NCBI RefSeq assembly: GCF_003231495.1
Contig: NZ_PQWO01000007.1
Span: 210,001 to 242,000 of the forward strand
Source: Acaryochloris thomasi RCC1774
GTDB lineage: Bacteria; Cyanobacteriota; Cyanobacteriia; Thermosynechococcales; Thermosynechococcaceae
DNA: 32,000 nucleotides
Direction: 5' to 3'
A program made the translations under genes and the position numbers. Positions 9,202 through 17,715 of the stretch are shown here, in pieces (position 1 is the stretch's first letter; the number at the start of each line of letters is the position of its first letter). Under the pieces are notes generated by a model that was not told where the DNA came from, ran no database searches, and saw only the letters and a program-made list of their open reading frames with translations.

Positions 9202-10131
9202 ATGCCAACTATCCATGACTACTATCGCATCCTAGAGCTGAAGTACGGTTCTCCGATGGAAGAGGTGAACCAAGCCTATAAAGATTTGGTGTTTGTCTGG
9301 CACCCCGACCGCATCCCCACTGAGCGCGAGCGTCTTCATGAAAAAGCCGTTGTTAAGCTGCAGCAGCTCAATGAAGCCCGTGACTTTCTAAAGGCTTATT
9401 TGCAAAAGCGATCGCGACCAGCCGCCAGCCAGCGGACCGCACAGTCAACGGCTCGCTCGACCGCATCGGCTGCGAACCGCCGCACGCAGACAACGGCCCG
9501 AACTGCAGTCCGGACCACTACGGCCCGGACTGCCGACCGCACAGCACAGACATCAACTCGACAGAGAGCCACAGCTCAAGCTACTGCAACTCGTACCGGG
9601 GGCCGCACCACCACTCGTACCTCAACCCAGCGACCGACTCAGAGATCGAGACCTGCGGCCGCTGCTAGCTATGCGACGAAATCTCCTGTCCCAACGAATA
9701 ATCGTCCATCGCCGCCGCCAGCTTCACAGCCTGCTGTTAGGACACAGTCCACTCGTCATCCCCACCTGCCCGATCTCAGCGGTGTCGATCTGCAGGGATC
9801 TGATTTACAAGAAAAAGATTTGTCCGGTCGCAACCTCAGTCGCGCCAATTTGACCAAAGCCAACCTGAAAGATGCTTTCTTACACAAGATCGATCTTTCA
9901 GAGGCCAACTTGTCCCAGGCCAACTTAACGCGGGCAAACCTTCTGCAGGCTAATCTCAAAAACGCCAATTTGCGAGGCGCAAACCTGACCTGCGCTGACT
10001 TCAGCGGCTCTGACTTACGAGGTGCAGACTTAACTGGGGCCAGTATGGGCAGCAGCAGCCGAGTGATGGTGAAGCTGACGGGGGCCAACTTGTCAGGGGC
10101 CATTATGCCTAACGGGGCTGTACATCCCTAG
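9202..10131 (+). CDS. J-domain (DnaJ-like) protein with Thr/Ala/Arg-rich linker and C-terminal pentapeptide repeats
   Basis: The J-domain is 'DYYRILELKYGSPMEEVNQAYKDLVFVWHPDR' with an HPD motif. A low-complexity T/A/R/Q stretch of about 130 aa follows. After it come roughly 20 consecutive A(D/N)LxX pentapeptides ('ANLTKANLKDAFLHKIDLSEANLSQANLTRANLLQANLKNANLRGANLT'). The ORF track starts at TTG 9193, and the first ATG is 9202. Confidence 0.85.
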   Translation: MPTIHDYYRILELKYGSPMEEVNQAYKDLVFVWHPDRIPTERERLHEKAVVKLQQLNEARDFLKAYLQKRSRPAASQRTAQSTARSTASAANRRTQTTARTAVRTTTARTADRTAQTSTRQRATAQATATRTGGRTTTRTSTQRPTQRSRPAAAASYATKSPVPTNNRPSPPPASQPAVRTQSTRHPHLPDLSGVDLQGSDLQEKDLSGRNLSRANLTKANLKDAFLHKIDLSEANLSQANLTRANLLQANLKNANLRGANLTCADFSGSDLRGADLTGASMGSSSRVMVKLTGANLSGAIMPNGAVHP

Positions 10132-10164
10132 GTTGATAGGGCAGTTTCTGTAGAATAAAAGTGA

Positions 10165-10800
10165 ATGTTGCGGAAACCTTCTATGCTTGCTCAACTCGTC
10201 CGTCCCCTCGTTCGCACACAAATCCAGCTTTTAACCCAGACGCAATCCTCCAGCGCCAAGCTTGTTAGCATGATTTCTCAGTGGCTTGGATACTTGGGCA
10301 TTCAAGCACACGTCAGTCACCTAAAAGTTGGTGACGGCAGGGTCAAGATTTCGTTAGATGTCGGTAAACCAGAGCAGTGCGAACCCCAAGAGTGGCAGCA
10401 GATTTTAGATAACATTGCTCAGACTCATGGTCGTCAAGATCACGAGTCTGAATTAACCTACGCTAATATGCCCAGCGATCAGCAACGCAAGGTAGCTCGA
10501 CTATTGACCTGCGTCATTCAGGCGGGGAATCCTGAGACAGTGCCTGACCAGGATATTCTTCAGCAGCGATTGTTGAAAATGGGCTTCGACGAGTCCCTTG
10601 TGCTAGAGATTAAGGCAGCCGTGAAGGTGCCAGGTGTTTTTGAACCTCTTTTGGAAGATTTAGAGCCAGATCTGGCGGCCTTTGTACTTTCGAAGGCGAT
10701 CGGCATTGCGCTGATGGATCAGGAGATTAGCCAGAAAGAAGATAGTGCACTGAAGGCTATCTATCATGTGCTGGAAAAGAAGGCCAGTGTTTCTGGTTAA
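10165..10800 (+). CDS. hypothetical protein (211 aa)
   Basis: An ORF 33 nt downstream of the J-domain gene on the same strand. I am not confident of any family. Its C-terminal about 70 aa has a diverged partial copy at 11043-11204. Confidence 0.6.
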   Translation: MLRKPSMLAQLVRPLVRTQIQLLTQTQSSSAKLVSMISQWLGYLGIQAHVSHLKVGDGRVKISLDVGKPEQCEPQEWQQILDNIAQTHGRQDHESELTYANMPSDQQRKVARLLTCVIQAGNPETVPDQDILQQRLLKMGFDESLVLEIKAAVKVPGVFEPLLEDLEPDLAAFVLSKAIGIALMDQEISQKEDSALKAIYHVLEKKASVSG

Positions 10801-10970
10801 ATGCTGACTTGAATGAAAAAGAAAAATCTTTCTCAGACAATCAATGAGTGAGCTTTGACCGCAAAGCATCGCTTTCAGAGTTGTGGTGGACTCAACTCTT
10901 GGATTCGTTTTCCCTACCTTTCCTCATATGTTTTGGACATGCGATACCTTCTGACCCACTGTTAAGATGA

Positions 10971-11204
10971 GATCGCATCCTCTCGGGTCAGACGAAACTC
11001 CTCTACGTATCCCCTGAACACGGCCTCAATTTTCTTGACCGGGTGAAAGCGAAGATTGATTTTGATGAGACCTTTGTTCTAGAGATTAAGGCAGTCGTGA
11101 AGGCCTCGGATTTTTTTGACTTTTCTTTAAAGGCTTTCGAACCAGATAAGGCATATTTGTATGCTGTCTTCAAACTTATCTCAGACAGGCCAATAAAAGA
11201 ATAA
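10971..11204 (+). pseudogene. mosaic gene remnant: internal recQ fragment fused in frame to a copy of the C-terminal part of ORF 10165..10800
   Basis: An open frame with no ATG reads DRILSGQTKLLYVSPEHGLNFLDRVKAK|IDFDETFVLEIKAVVKASDFFDFSLKAFEPDKAYLYAVFKLISDRPIKE*. The first half matches RecQ residues 'DRILSGTVKLLYVAPERLLNEGFLNFLDQVKAK' (nt 15691-15792), with about 75-80% nt identity by hand alignment. The second half matches 'KMGFDESLVLEIKAAVKVPGVFEPLLEDLEPDLAAFVLSKAIG' of ORF 10165. Confidence 0.6.
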
Positions 11205-11667
11205 CGACTCGTACGAATGTTAAAGAAATATTATACTTAGCGACAATATAAAGTAACTCCGTGACGCTTAGAAACCTATCTCTTTCAATGCCAACTAGTC
11301 GCTCAATGGTTTCTTGATCAAGACTCTCTACTCGTCTGAGAGGACTCTAAAAACAAGATATACTTTACTTATACGTTATTTATACATTCTCTCTATCTCA
11401 AAAGCTTTATGCTGTAGATGTATAGCTAGTTATTCTTTCTCTGCAGTTTTTTGTTGATCTTTATTTAGGAAGATTGCGGAGAGAAAGTAAGAAGAATCAA
11501 AAATCTATAGTTATGAATTTTTCTGTTGAAATTTTAGACTTAATCTCAAATTTTTTGGTGTACTACTGTACAACGTTCCTCTCTGTAAATGCTGTGATGC
11601 ACTCATGGATGTTGGATAGCAGCGTGCAAATATCTAACTGAGACCGCATCGTTGATGGAACAAAGAT

Positions 11668-13122
11668 ATGCCAGGAGGAATCTGTAACAACTTCATTAAT
11701 CTTGCGCTCACGCTGAATGGGCAAGCCCCCCAATGGGATCTGACGCTAGTATGGCTGCATACTCTATCTGAAGCCTGTATCGCTTCGGCATATTTCTCGA
11801 TTTTATTGGCGCTCATCTATTTTGTTCACCAGCGGAAAGACCTGCATTCCTGGATCTTTCCGCTATCTGGGGCCTTCGCTTTCTTCGGTGGCTTGACCCA
11901 TATCATGGAAGCCTATGCACTATGGTGGTATCCAAACCATTGGGTATCAGGCGTCATTAAATTCCTGACCGCCGTTATTTCATTAGTGATGGCAGCTGCG
12001 ATGATTCCTATCATCCCCCAGGCATTGACTCTTTCGAGTCGTGCAGAATTGGAAGTGGCTAAGGCAGAGTTAGAAGATCGTGTTCTCGAGCGAACGCAGG
12101 CGCTGCAGATTAGTGAGGAGCGCCTTCAACTGGCCCTTGACGGCTCTGGTGATGGGGGCTGGGACTGGAATATTTCTACAGGGGCTTTGTTTCTTAGTAC
12201 CCGATGGCAGGAAATGTTGGGCTACGGCGCCAATGAACTATCTGGAGAAGTGAGTGCTTGGGAGAGCTTAATTCATCCAGAAGATAAGTCAAGAGTCATG
12301 AAAGTACTAGAGCATCATCTTCAGGACAGTCGCGTGTCCTATGCTTTTGACTATCGCGTAAAAATGAAGTCAGGAGAATGGAAGTGGATAGGGAATTATG
12401 GCCGAGTTGTGGCCCGAGATGCGCAAGGTGCAGCGCTTCGTATGGCCGGAACTCATAAAGACATTAGCAACCGCAAACACTATGAGCAGAAGCTTTCAGA
12501 CTCGCTGGACGAAAAAAATATCATGCTGCAGGAGATTCACCATCGGGTAAAAAATAATTTGCAGGTGATTTGCAGCTTACTTAGTTTACAAACTCAAAGT
12601 AATACCGATCCGAAGATAATAAAGATTATGCAAGAAAGTCAGGATCGGGTTAGATCGATGGCCTTAGTCCATGAAAATCTATACTTGTCTAGAGAATTTT
12701 CAAACATTGATCTTGAAAGCTATGTGAATGACTTGACGAAGAATTTATTGCGTTCTTATCGTTCTAAAATAAGCCTGACAAAGATTGACGTTTCTATCTC
12801 AGACCTGCGTCTTGACATCGATAGTGCGGTTCTCTGTGGATTGATCATAAATGAGCTGGTGTCTAATGCTCTGAAATATGCTTTTCACCAGCGTCAAAAT
12901 GGAGAGATTTGCATCAAAATGGCCGAAAGAAACAGACAGGATATAATGTTGACGGTTACTGATAACGGTATCGGTTTACCCTCTGATATCAATATTGAGA
13001 AAACCGAGACAGTCGGCCTCCAAATGGTCAAGGCGTTGACGCAACAAATGTCAGGAACTCTCAGTATTAGCCGATGCCCAGGGACTTCGTTCTGTATTAC
13101 TTTTCCTCAAGTTTTTTCGTGA
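11668..13122 (+). CDS. sensor histidine kinase (ETR1-like 3-TM N-terminal domain, PAS, HisKA_2, HATPase_c)
   Basis: The N-terminal membrane module aligns to the plant ethylene-receptor binding domain (see findings). It has a coiled-coil linker, then a PAS domain 'LQLALDGSGDGGWDWNI...IHPED'. The H-box is 'EIHHRVKNNLQVICSLLSLQ' (HisKA_2 type). The N-box is 'NELVSNALKYAF' and the G-box is 'VTDNGIGLP'. Confidence 0.9.
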   Translation: MPGGICNNFINLALTLNGQAPQWDLTLVWLHTLSEACIASAYFSILLALIYFVHQRKDLHSWIFPLSGAFAFFGGLTHIMEAYALWWYPNHWVSGVIKFLTAVISLVMAAAMIPIIPQALTLSSRAELEVAKAELEDRVLERTQALQISEERLQLALDGSGDGGWDWNISTGALFLSTRWQEMLGYGANELSGEVSAWESLIHPEDKSRVMKVLEHHLQDSRVSYAFDYRVKMKSGEWKWIGNYGRVVARDAQGAALRMAGTHKDISNRKHYEQKLSDSLDEKNIMLQEIHHRVKNNLQVICSLLSLQTQSNTDPKIIKIMQESQDRVRSMALVHENLYLSREFSNIDLESYVNDLTKNLLRSYRSKISLTKIDVSISDLRLDIDSAVLCGLIINELVSNALKYAFHQRQNGEICIKMAERNRQDIMLTVTDNGIGLPSDINIEKTETVGLQMVKALTQQMSGTLSISRCPGTSFCITFPQVFS

Positions 13123-13143
13123 TTCTTTTTTGCGGCTATATCT

Positions 13144-15288
13144 ATGATTGAATCTGAAATAATATCTGCTTCTATCGCCACACCTGCAAGGATCTTGATT
13201 GTTGAAGATGAAGGTCTCGTGGCCCTAGATATAAAACAGCGCCTACTTGACTTAGGCTATCAAATTGCCGGGATAGCTGAAACCGGAAAAGCTGCGATCA
13301 GGCAAGCTTTAGACTCCGAGCCTGATTTAGTTTTGATGGATATTCGACTCAAGGGAGAAATGGATGGAATTGAAGCGTCAACCTCTATTACCGCTCAACT
13401 TGATGTTCCCATCATCTTTCTCACAGGGTTTGCCGATCAGCAAACCCTTGATCAGGCTAAAGAAACGTTTCCCTTTGGCTATATCCTTAAGCCCTTCGAT
13501 ACGGTTGATCTATTCACGGGTATTGAGATTTGCCTTAAACGGCATCAGTTAGAAAAAGCTGTAAAGCATCAAAAAAATTGGCTAGATATTGTCCTTGAAA
13601 GCATTGGAGATGCTGTTGTAGCTACTGATAATAATGGCGCTGTGACTTATATGAATCGAGTTGCTGAGTCGATTACCGACTGGCAAAGAATAGATGCGTT
13701 GGGTCGAGATGCCAATGATGTTATGCCTTTGATGCTAGGTCATACAAAAGATGCCATAGAAAACCCTCTTAAGCAGGTTTTGAGGGAGGGGCAAGGGGTT
13801 GTGCTACCGGAAAATACTTTTCTCATTACTAAAAATAAGAAAGAGGTTCCAATTGAAGATAGTGCTGTTCCTATATTAGATGCAGACAATCAGTCCCATG
13901 GTGCTGTGATTGTCTTTCGAGATATCACGAAGCGGCTGCAGACGGATCAAGAACTCTTTCATCACGCTTACTATGACGCATTGACAAACTTGCCAAATCG
14001 CTCACTATTCATGGATCGCCTTCAACATCTGGTTGATCTCAACCAACGGTATCCGAACTGTAGCTTCGCTGTGCTGTTTGTTGATTTAGATCGATTTAAG
14101 TTGATAAATGATAGCTTAGGTCACCCTATTGGTGATCAGCTATTGATCCTCACGGCTCAACGGCTGCAAAAATGTCTGCGACCGACAGATACTGTTGCTC
14201 GATTTGGTGGGGACGAGTTTGCTGTCTTATTAGAACAGATTGTAGATCTTGAGAGTGTTCGCCTACTTGCAGAGCGTATTAATCAGGAACTTGGGGAGAC
14301 CTTTCATCTCGAAAATTATGATCTTTTTAATTCTGCCAGTATTGGCATTGTCCAGTGGCATCCTCGATATAAACAGGCCGAAGAACTGATTCGTGATGCC
14401 GACACCGCCATGTACCAAGCTAAGGCTAATGGTAAGGGATGTTATGCTGTTTTTGATGCTGCGATGCATACTCTGGTTAGAGGGCAGCTCACGCTAGAAA
14501 ATGAGCTTCGGTGGGCTATTCCTAATAACCAATTAACCCTTGAATACCAGCCAATTATTTCATTGGCTGATCAGGAGATTATCGGTTTTGAAGCTCTTGT
14601 TCGCTGGCAAAACCCGCAGCGAGGACAGATTTCGCCAGGGGTGTTTATCCCTATCGCAGAAGAAACAGGACTCATTGTTCATTTGGACTGGTGGGTTCTT
14701 CGCCAGGCTTGTCAGCAAATGAAAATTTGGCAAGATCAGTTACCGCCTGGGAAAAAATTAGAAATTAGTGTTAACCTTTCAAGTCACCATTTCTCACTCC
14801 CGAATGTAGTCGAACGAATTGAGAAGATTCTAAATGACACAGGAATGTCTGCTGCTAGCTTGAAGTTAGAAATTACTGAAAGAATACTTATTAAAAATCC
14901 TGACTCAGTTGCCCAGATTTTGTTGAATTTAAAGCGCTTGGGTATTCGTATTCATATGGATGATTTTGGTACAGGCTATTCGTCTCTAAGCTATTTGCAT
15001 AAATACGATATTGATACTATTAAAATTGATCGGTCCTTTATCCAAAACCTGGACTGCAGTGCTGAAAGCTTGGAGATTGTGCGCACGATTGTGCTGCTGG
15101 CTCATGCCTTAAAAATGGATGCGATTGCAGAAGGTGTTGAAACGGCTGAGCAACTTGCAATGGTCAAAAAACTGGGCTGTGAATATGTGCAGGGGTACTA
15201 TTTCTCTCAATCGATGACCTGTGAGCAGGTGATGACCTTGGTTGCTCAGAAGCAGTTCAAGCTTGATCCTGTGTCTCCGCAGGATTGA
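13144..15288 (+). CDS. response regulator receiver-PAS-GGDEF-EAL protein (c-di-GMP synthesis/hydrolysis)
   Basis: The REC domain is 'ILIVEDE...DLVLMDIRL...ILKP', followed by a PAS domain. The GGDEF domain has an intact 'RFGGDEFAV' and an I-site-like 'RPTD' 5 residues upstream. The EAL domain has EALVRW, NLS, EITER, DDFGTGYSSLSYL, KIDRSF, EGVET and QGYYFS. It starts 21 nt after the kinase stop. Confidence 0.92.
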   Translation: MIESEIISASIATPARILIVEDEGLVALDIKQRLLDLGYQIAGIAETGKAAIRQALDSEPDLVLMDIRLKGEMDGIEASTSITAQLDVPIIFLTGFADQQTLDQAKETFPFGYILKPFDTVDLFTGIEICLKRHQLEKAVKHQKNWLDIVLESIGDAVVATDNNGAVTYMNRVAESITDWQRIDALGRDANDVMPLMLGHTKDAIENPLKQVLREGQGVVLPENTFLITKNKKEVPIEDSAVPILDADNQSHGAVIVFRDITKRLQTDQELFHHAYYDALTNLPNRSLFMDRLQHLVDLNQRYPNCSFAVLFVDLDRFKLINDSLGHPIGDQLLILTAQRLQKCLRPTDTVARFGGDEFAVLLEQIVDLESVRLLAERINQELGETFHLENYDLFNSASIGIVQWHPRYKQAEELIRDADTAMYQAKANGKGCYAVFDAAMHTLVRGQLTLENELRWAIPNNQLTLEYQPIISLADQEIIGFEALVRWQNPQRGQISPGVFIPIAEETGLIVHLDWWVLRQACQQMKIWQDQLPPGKKLEISVNLSSHHFSLPNVVERIEKILNDTGMSAASLKLEITERILIKNPDSVAQILLNLKRLGIRIHMDDFGTGYSSLSYLHKYDIDTIKIDRSFIQNLDCSAESLEIVRTIVLLAHALKMDAIAEGVETAEQLAMVKKLGCEYVQGYYFSQSMTCEQVMTLVAQKQFKLDPVSPQD

Positions 15289-15369
15289 CCCGAGTCGCTT
15301 CAGATCGCAAACCCTGGTTCTAATTTGAGATGATAGGGAGAATAAACTGAGATTCTAGCGTTCCCTATT

Positions 15370-17595
15370 ATGCCTGCTCTTTCCATTCCCGGGTTTGAAT
15401 CCTTAGAGGCTGCTCTCAAACACTTTTTTGGTTACGATACTTTCCGGCCCGGGCAGCAGGATGTGATGGCGGCGGCCCTGCAGAATCAAGATCTGCTGGT
15501 GATCATGCCCACGGGAGGTGGAAAATCCCTGTGCTTTCAGCTTCCGGCCTTGCTGAAGTCGGGGCTAACGATTGTGGTGTCTCCTTTGATTGCGCTGATG
15601 CAGGATCAGGTGACGGCGCTGGAAGCCAATGATATTGCGGCAACGTTTCTCAACAGCAGTTTGGGGGCTGTGGAAGCTCGGGAAAGATGCGATCGCATCC
15701 TCTCTGGCACCGTCAAACTTCTCTACGTCGCCCCCGAACGCCTGCTCAACGAAGGATTTCTCAACTTTCTCGATCAGGTGAAAGCCAAGGTTGGCTTGGC
15801 GGGCATTGCCGTCGATGAAGCCCACTGCGTTTCAGAATGGGGCCATGACTTCCGCCCTGAATATCGCCGCCTTGCCGAAATCCGGCAGCGCTATCCTGAC
15901 GTTCCTGTGACCGCCCTGACCGCCACTGCCACTGAGCGCGTTCGGGGAGATATTTTGCATCAGCTCCGACTTCAAGATCCCCACGTTCATGTCTCTAGCT
16001 TTAATCGCCCCAATCTTTACTACGAAGTGCGGCCTAAAGAGCGAAATTCATACAACTCCCTTTATCAAGAGATTCGCCAACAAGATGGAGCCTCAGGCAT
16101 TATCTACTGCCTCAGTCGGCGCGAAGTCAATGAACTCACCGAACGTCTGCAGGATGACGGCATTAGCGCCCTGCCCTATCACGCGGGCCTCAAGGATGCC
16201 GATCGCAGCCAAAACCAAGACCGCTTTATTCGAGACCACGTTCAGATCATGGTTGCCACCGTTGCCTTCGGCATGGGTATTAATAAGCCCGATGTTCGGT
16301 TCGTCATTCACTACAATCTGCCGCGCAACATTGAGAGCTACTACCAAGAAGCAGGACGTGCCGGACGGGACGGTGAATCCTCACGCTGTCTGCTTTACTT
16401 CAGCCTCAAAGATATTCACACTCTCGACTGGTTGATTGACCAAAAGGTCGATGCCAACGGGCAACCGCTCGAAAACGAACAGCGGGTGGCGCGGCAGCAA
16501 ATGCGTCAGATGATTGACTATGCCGAGAGTACAGAATGTCGGCGCACCATCCAGCTTGGCTACTTCGGCGAAACCTTTGCTGGCAACTGTGGCGAGTGCG
16601 ACAACTGCCGTCACCCTAAACCCGTCGAAGACTGGACCGTGGAGGCGCAGAAGTTCCTCTCCTGCGTGGCCCGCTGTAAAGAGCGATTTGGCATGAACCA
16701 CATTATTGATGTACTGCGCGGCTCTAAAAGTCAGAAGGTGCTGAGTCGGGGGCATAATCGGCTTTCGACCTACGGTATTGGAAATGATAAGACGGCGGAT
16801 CAGTGGCGACGGTTGGGGCGATCGCTGTTGCATCAAGGTCTGGTTGCTGAAACCACTGACGGTTATCCAGTGCTGAAGCTGAATAACCAAAGCTGGGCGG
16901 TTTTGAAGAAAGAGCGTGTTGTGCAGGTTGCGGTGCCCCGAACACCGGAAAAAGATCCGACTCAGGTGGATCTGAAGCGTTCAGAGGTGGAGGCTTTGTT
17001 CATGCGGTTGCGATCGCTTCGCAAGCGGTTAGCGGATGAGCAGTCGGTTCCCCCCTACGTCGTTTTCGGCGATTCCAGCCTTAAGTTTATGGCTCAACAG
17101 CAGCCTCAGACTTTAGCTGATTTTGGACAAATTTCGGGGGTCGGCCAGCGCAAACTGGAGCAGTACGGCGAGATTTTCACTGAAGAGATTCGAGCCTATC
17201 GCCAAGAGCAGGGGCTACCCGTGGTGGCGGCAGAGATCATAGAACAAGAAGACTTGCCCAAACGCAGAGAGCGTCCGAAATCTACGCAGCTATCGAACAC
17301 CTTAGCAATGACGTTAGCGCTGCATCAGCGAGGGGAGACACCTGAACAGATTGCTCAGCAACGGGGTGTGAAAGTGACGACGGTCTTTAATCATCTGGGA
17401 GAACTGTTGGAGAAGGGGCAGCCAGTGGTGCTAGAGCAACTCGTGCCAGTTGATCGCCAAGCTTCGATTATGCAGGCGATAGAGCAAGTTGGCCCTGACT
17501 ATTTAGGACCGATTCGTGAGCATTTAGGGGAGCAGTATGAGTACAGCGAAATCAAATTAGTTCGAGCTTGGTGGCAGCAAAATCAAAAAGCGTAG
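15370..17595 (+). CDS. recQ: ATP-dependent DNA helicase RecQ
   Basis: It opens with 'FGYDTFRPGQ'. Walker A is 'MPTGGGKSLCFQLPA' and the DEAH box is 'VDEAHCVSEWGHDFRPEY'. Further motifs are 'TATAT', 'VATVAFGMGINKPDVRFVIHY' and 'YYQEAGRAGRDG'. It has the Zn Cys cluster 'C..(x)..CGECDNC', an HRDC-like 'SVPPYVVFGDSSLKFMA' and an extra C-terminal HTH-like tail of about 110 aa. Confidence 0.95.
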   Translation: MPALSIPGFESLEAALKHFFGYDTFRPGQQDVMAAALQNQDLLVIMPTGGGKSLCFQLPALLKSGLTIVVSPLIALMQDQVTALEANDIAATFLNSSLGAVEARERCDRILSGTVKLLYVAPERLLNEGFLNFLDQVKAKVGLAGIAVDEAHCVSEWGHDFRPEYRRLAEIRQRYPDVPVTALTATATERVRGDILHQLRLQDPHVHVSSFNRPNLYYEVRPKERNSYNSLYQEIRQQDGASGIIYCLSRREVNELTERLQDDGISALPYHAGLKDADRSQNQDRFIRDHVQIMVATVAFGMGINKPDVRFVIHYNLPRNIESYYQEAGRAGRDGESSRCLLYFSLKDIHTLDWLIDQKVDANGQPLENEQRVARQQMRQMIDYAESTECRRTIQLGYFGETFAGNCGECDNCRHPKPVEDWTVEAQKFLSCVARCKERFGMNHIIDVLRGSKSQKVLSRGHNRLSTYGIGNDKTADQWRRLGRSLLHQGLVAETTDGYPVLKLNNQSWAVLKKERVVQVAVPRTPEKDPTQVDLKRSEVEALFMRLRSLRKRLADEQSVPPYVVFGDSSLKFMAQQQPQTLADFGQISGVGQRKLEQYGEIFTEEIRAYRQEQGLPVVAAEIIEQEDLPKRRERPKSTQLSNTLAMTLALHQRGETPEQIAQQRGVKVTTVFNHLGELLEKGQPVVLEQLVPVDRQASIMQAIEQVGPDYLGPIREHLGEQYEYSEIKLVRAWWQQNQKA

Positions 17596-17715
17596 AACTC
17601 AGATTCGCTATAAATCAGGCTGTATTCTGGCTCCAACGGTAGATTTTAGCCCTGTGGGCAACAAAGGTTTATTATTCAAGTCTGAGTGGTGGTTGATGCT
17701 GGGGGGCGATCAAAA

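Noticed and set aside
9421-9660. Quasi-repetitive nucleotide stretch (ACGGCCCG[A/G]ACTGC-like units), considered as a tandem repeat or array
   Set aside because: The units are irregular in length and sequence. They lie in frame within the J-domain protein's Thr/Ala/Arg-rich linker, so this is low-complexity coding DNA and not a CRISPR or VNTR array.
9756-10103. 115-aa minus-strand ORF opposite the pentapeptide-repeat region
   Set aside because: Its repetitive 'KLA/RLA' translation is the antisense image of the A(N/D)LxX repeats. It is a frame artefact of the repeat.
10576-11204. Diversity-generating retroelement (template/variable repeat) as an explanation for the duplicated C-terminal segment
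   Set aside because: There is no reverse transcriptase in the window. The differences between the copies are not confined to adenines, and indels are present. One copy is fused to a recQ fragment.
11201-11210. 10-mer ATAACGACTC just after the chimera stop, found again at 31795-31804 just after the GTPase gene stop; considered as island boundary repeats
   Set aside because: Hundreds of repeated 10-mer pairs are expected by chance in 32 kb (about N^2/2/4^10). There is no extended similarity around either copy.
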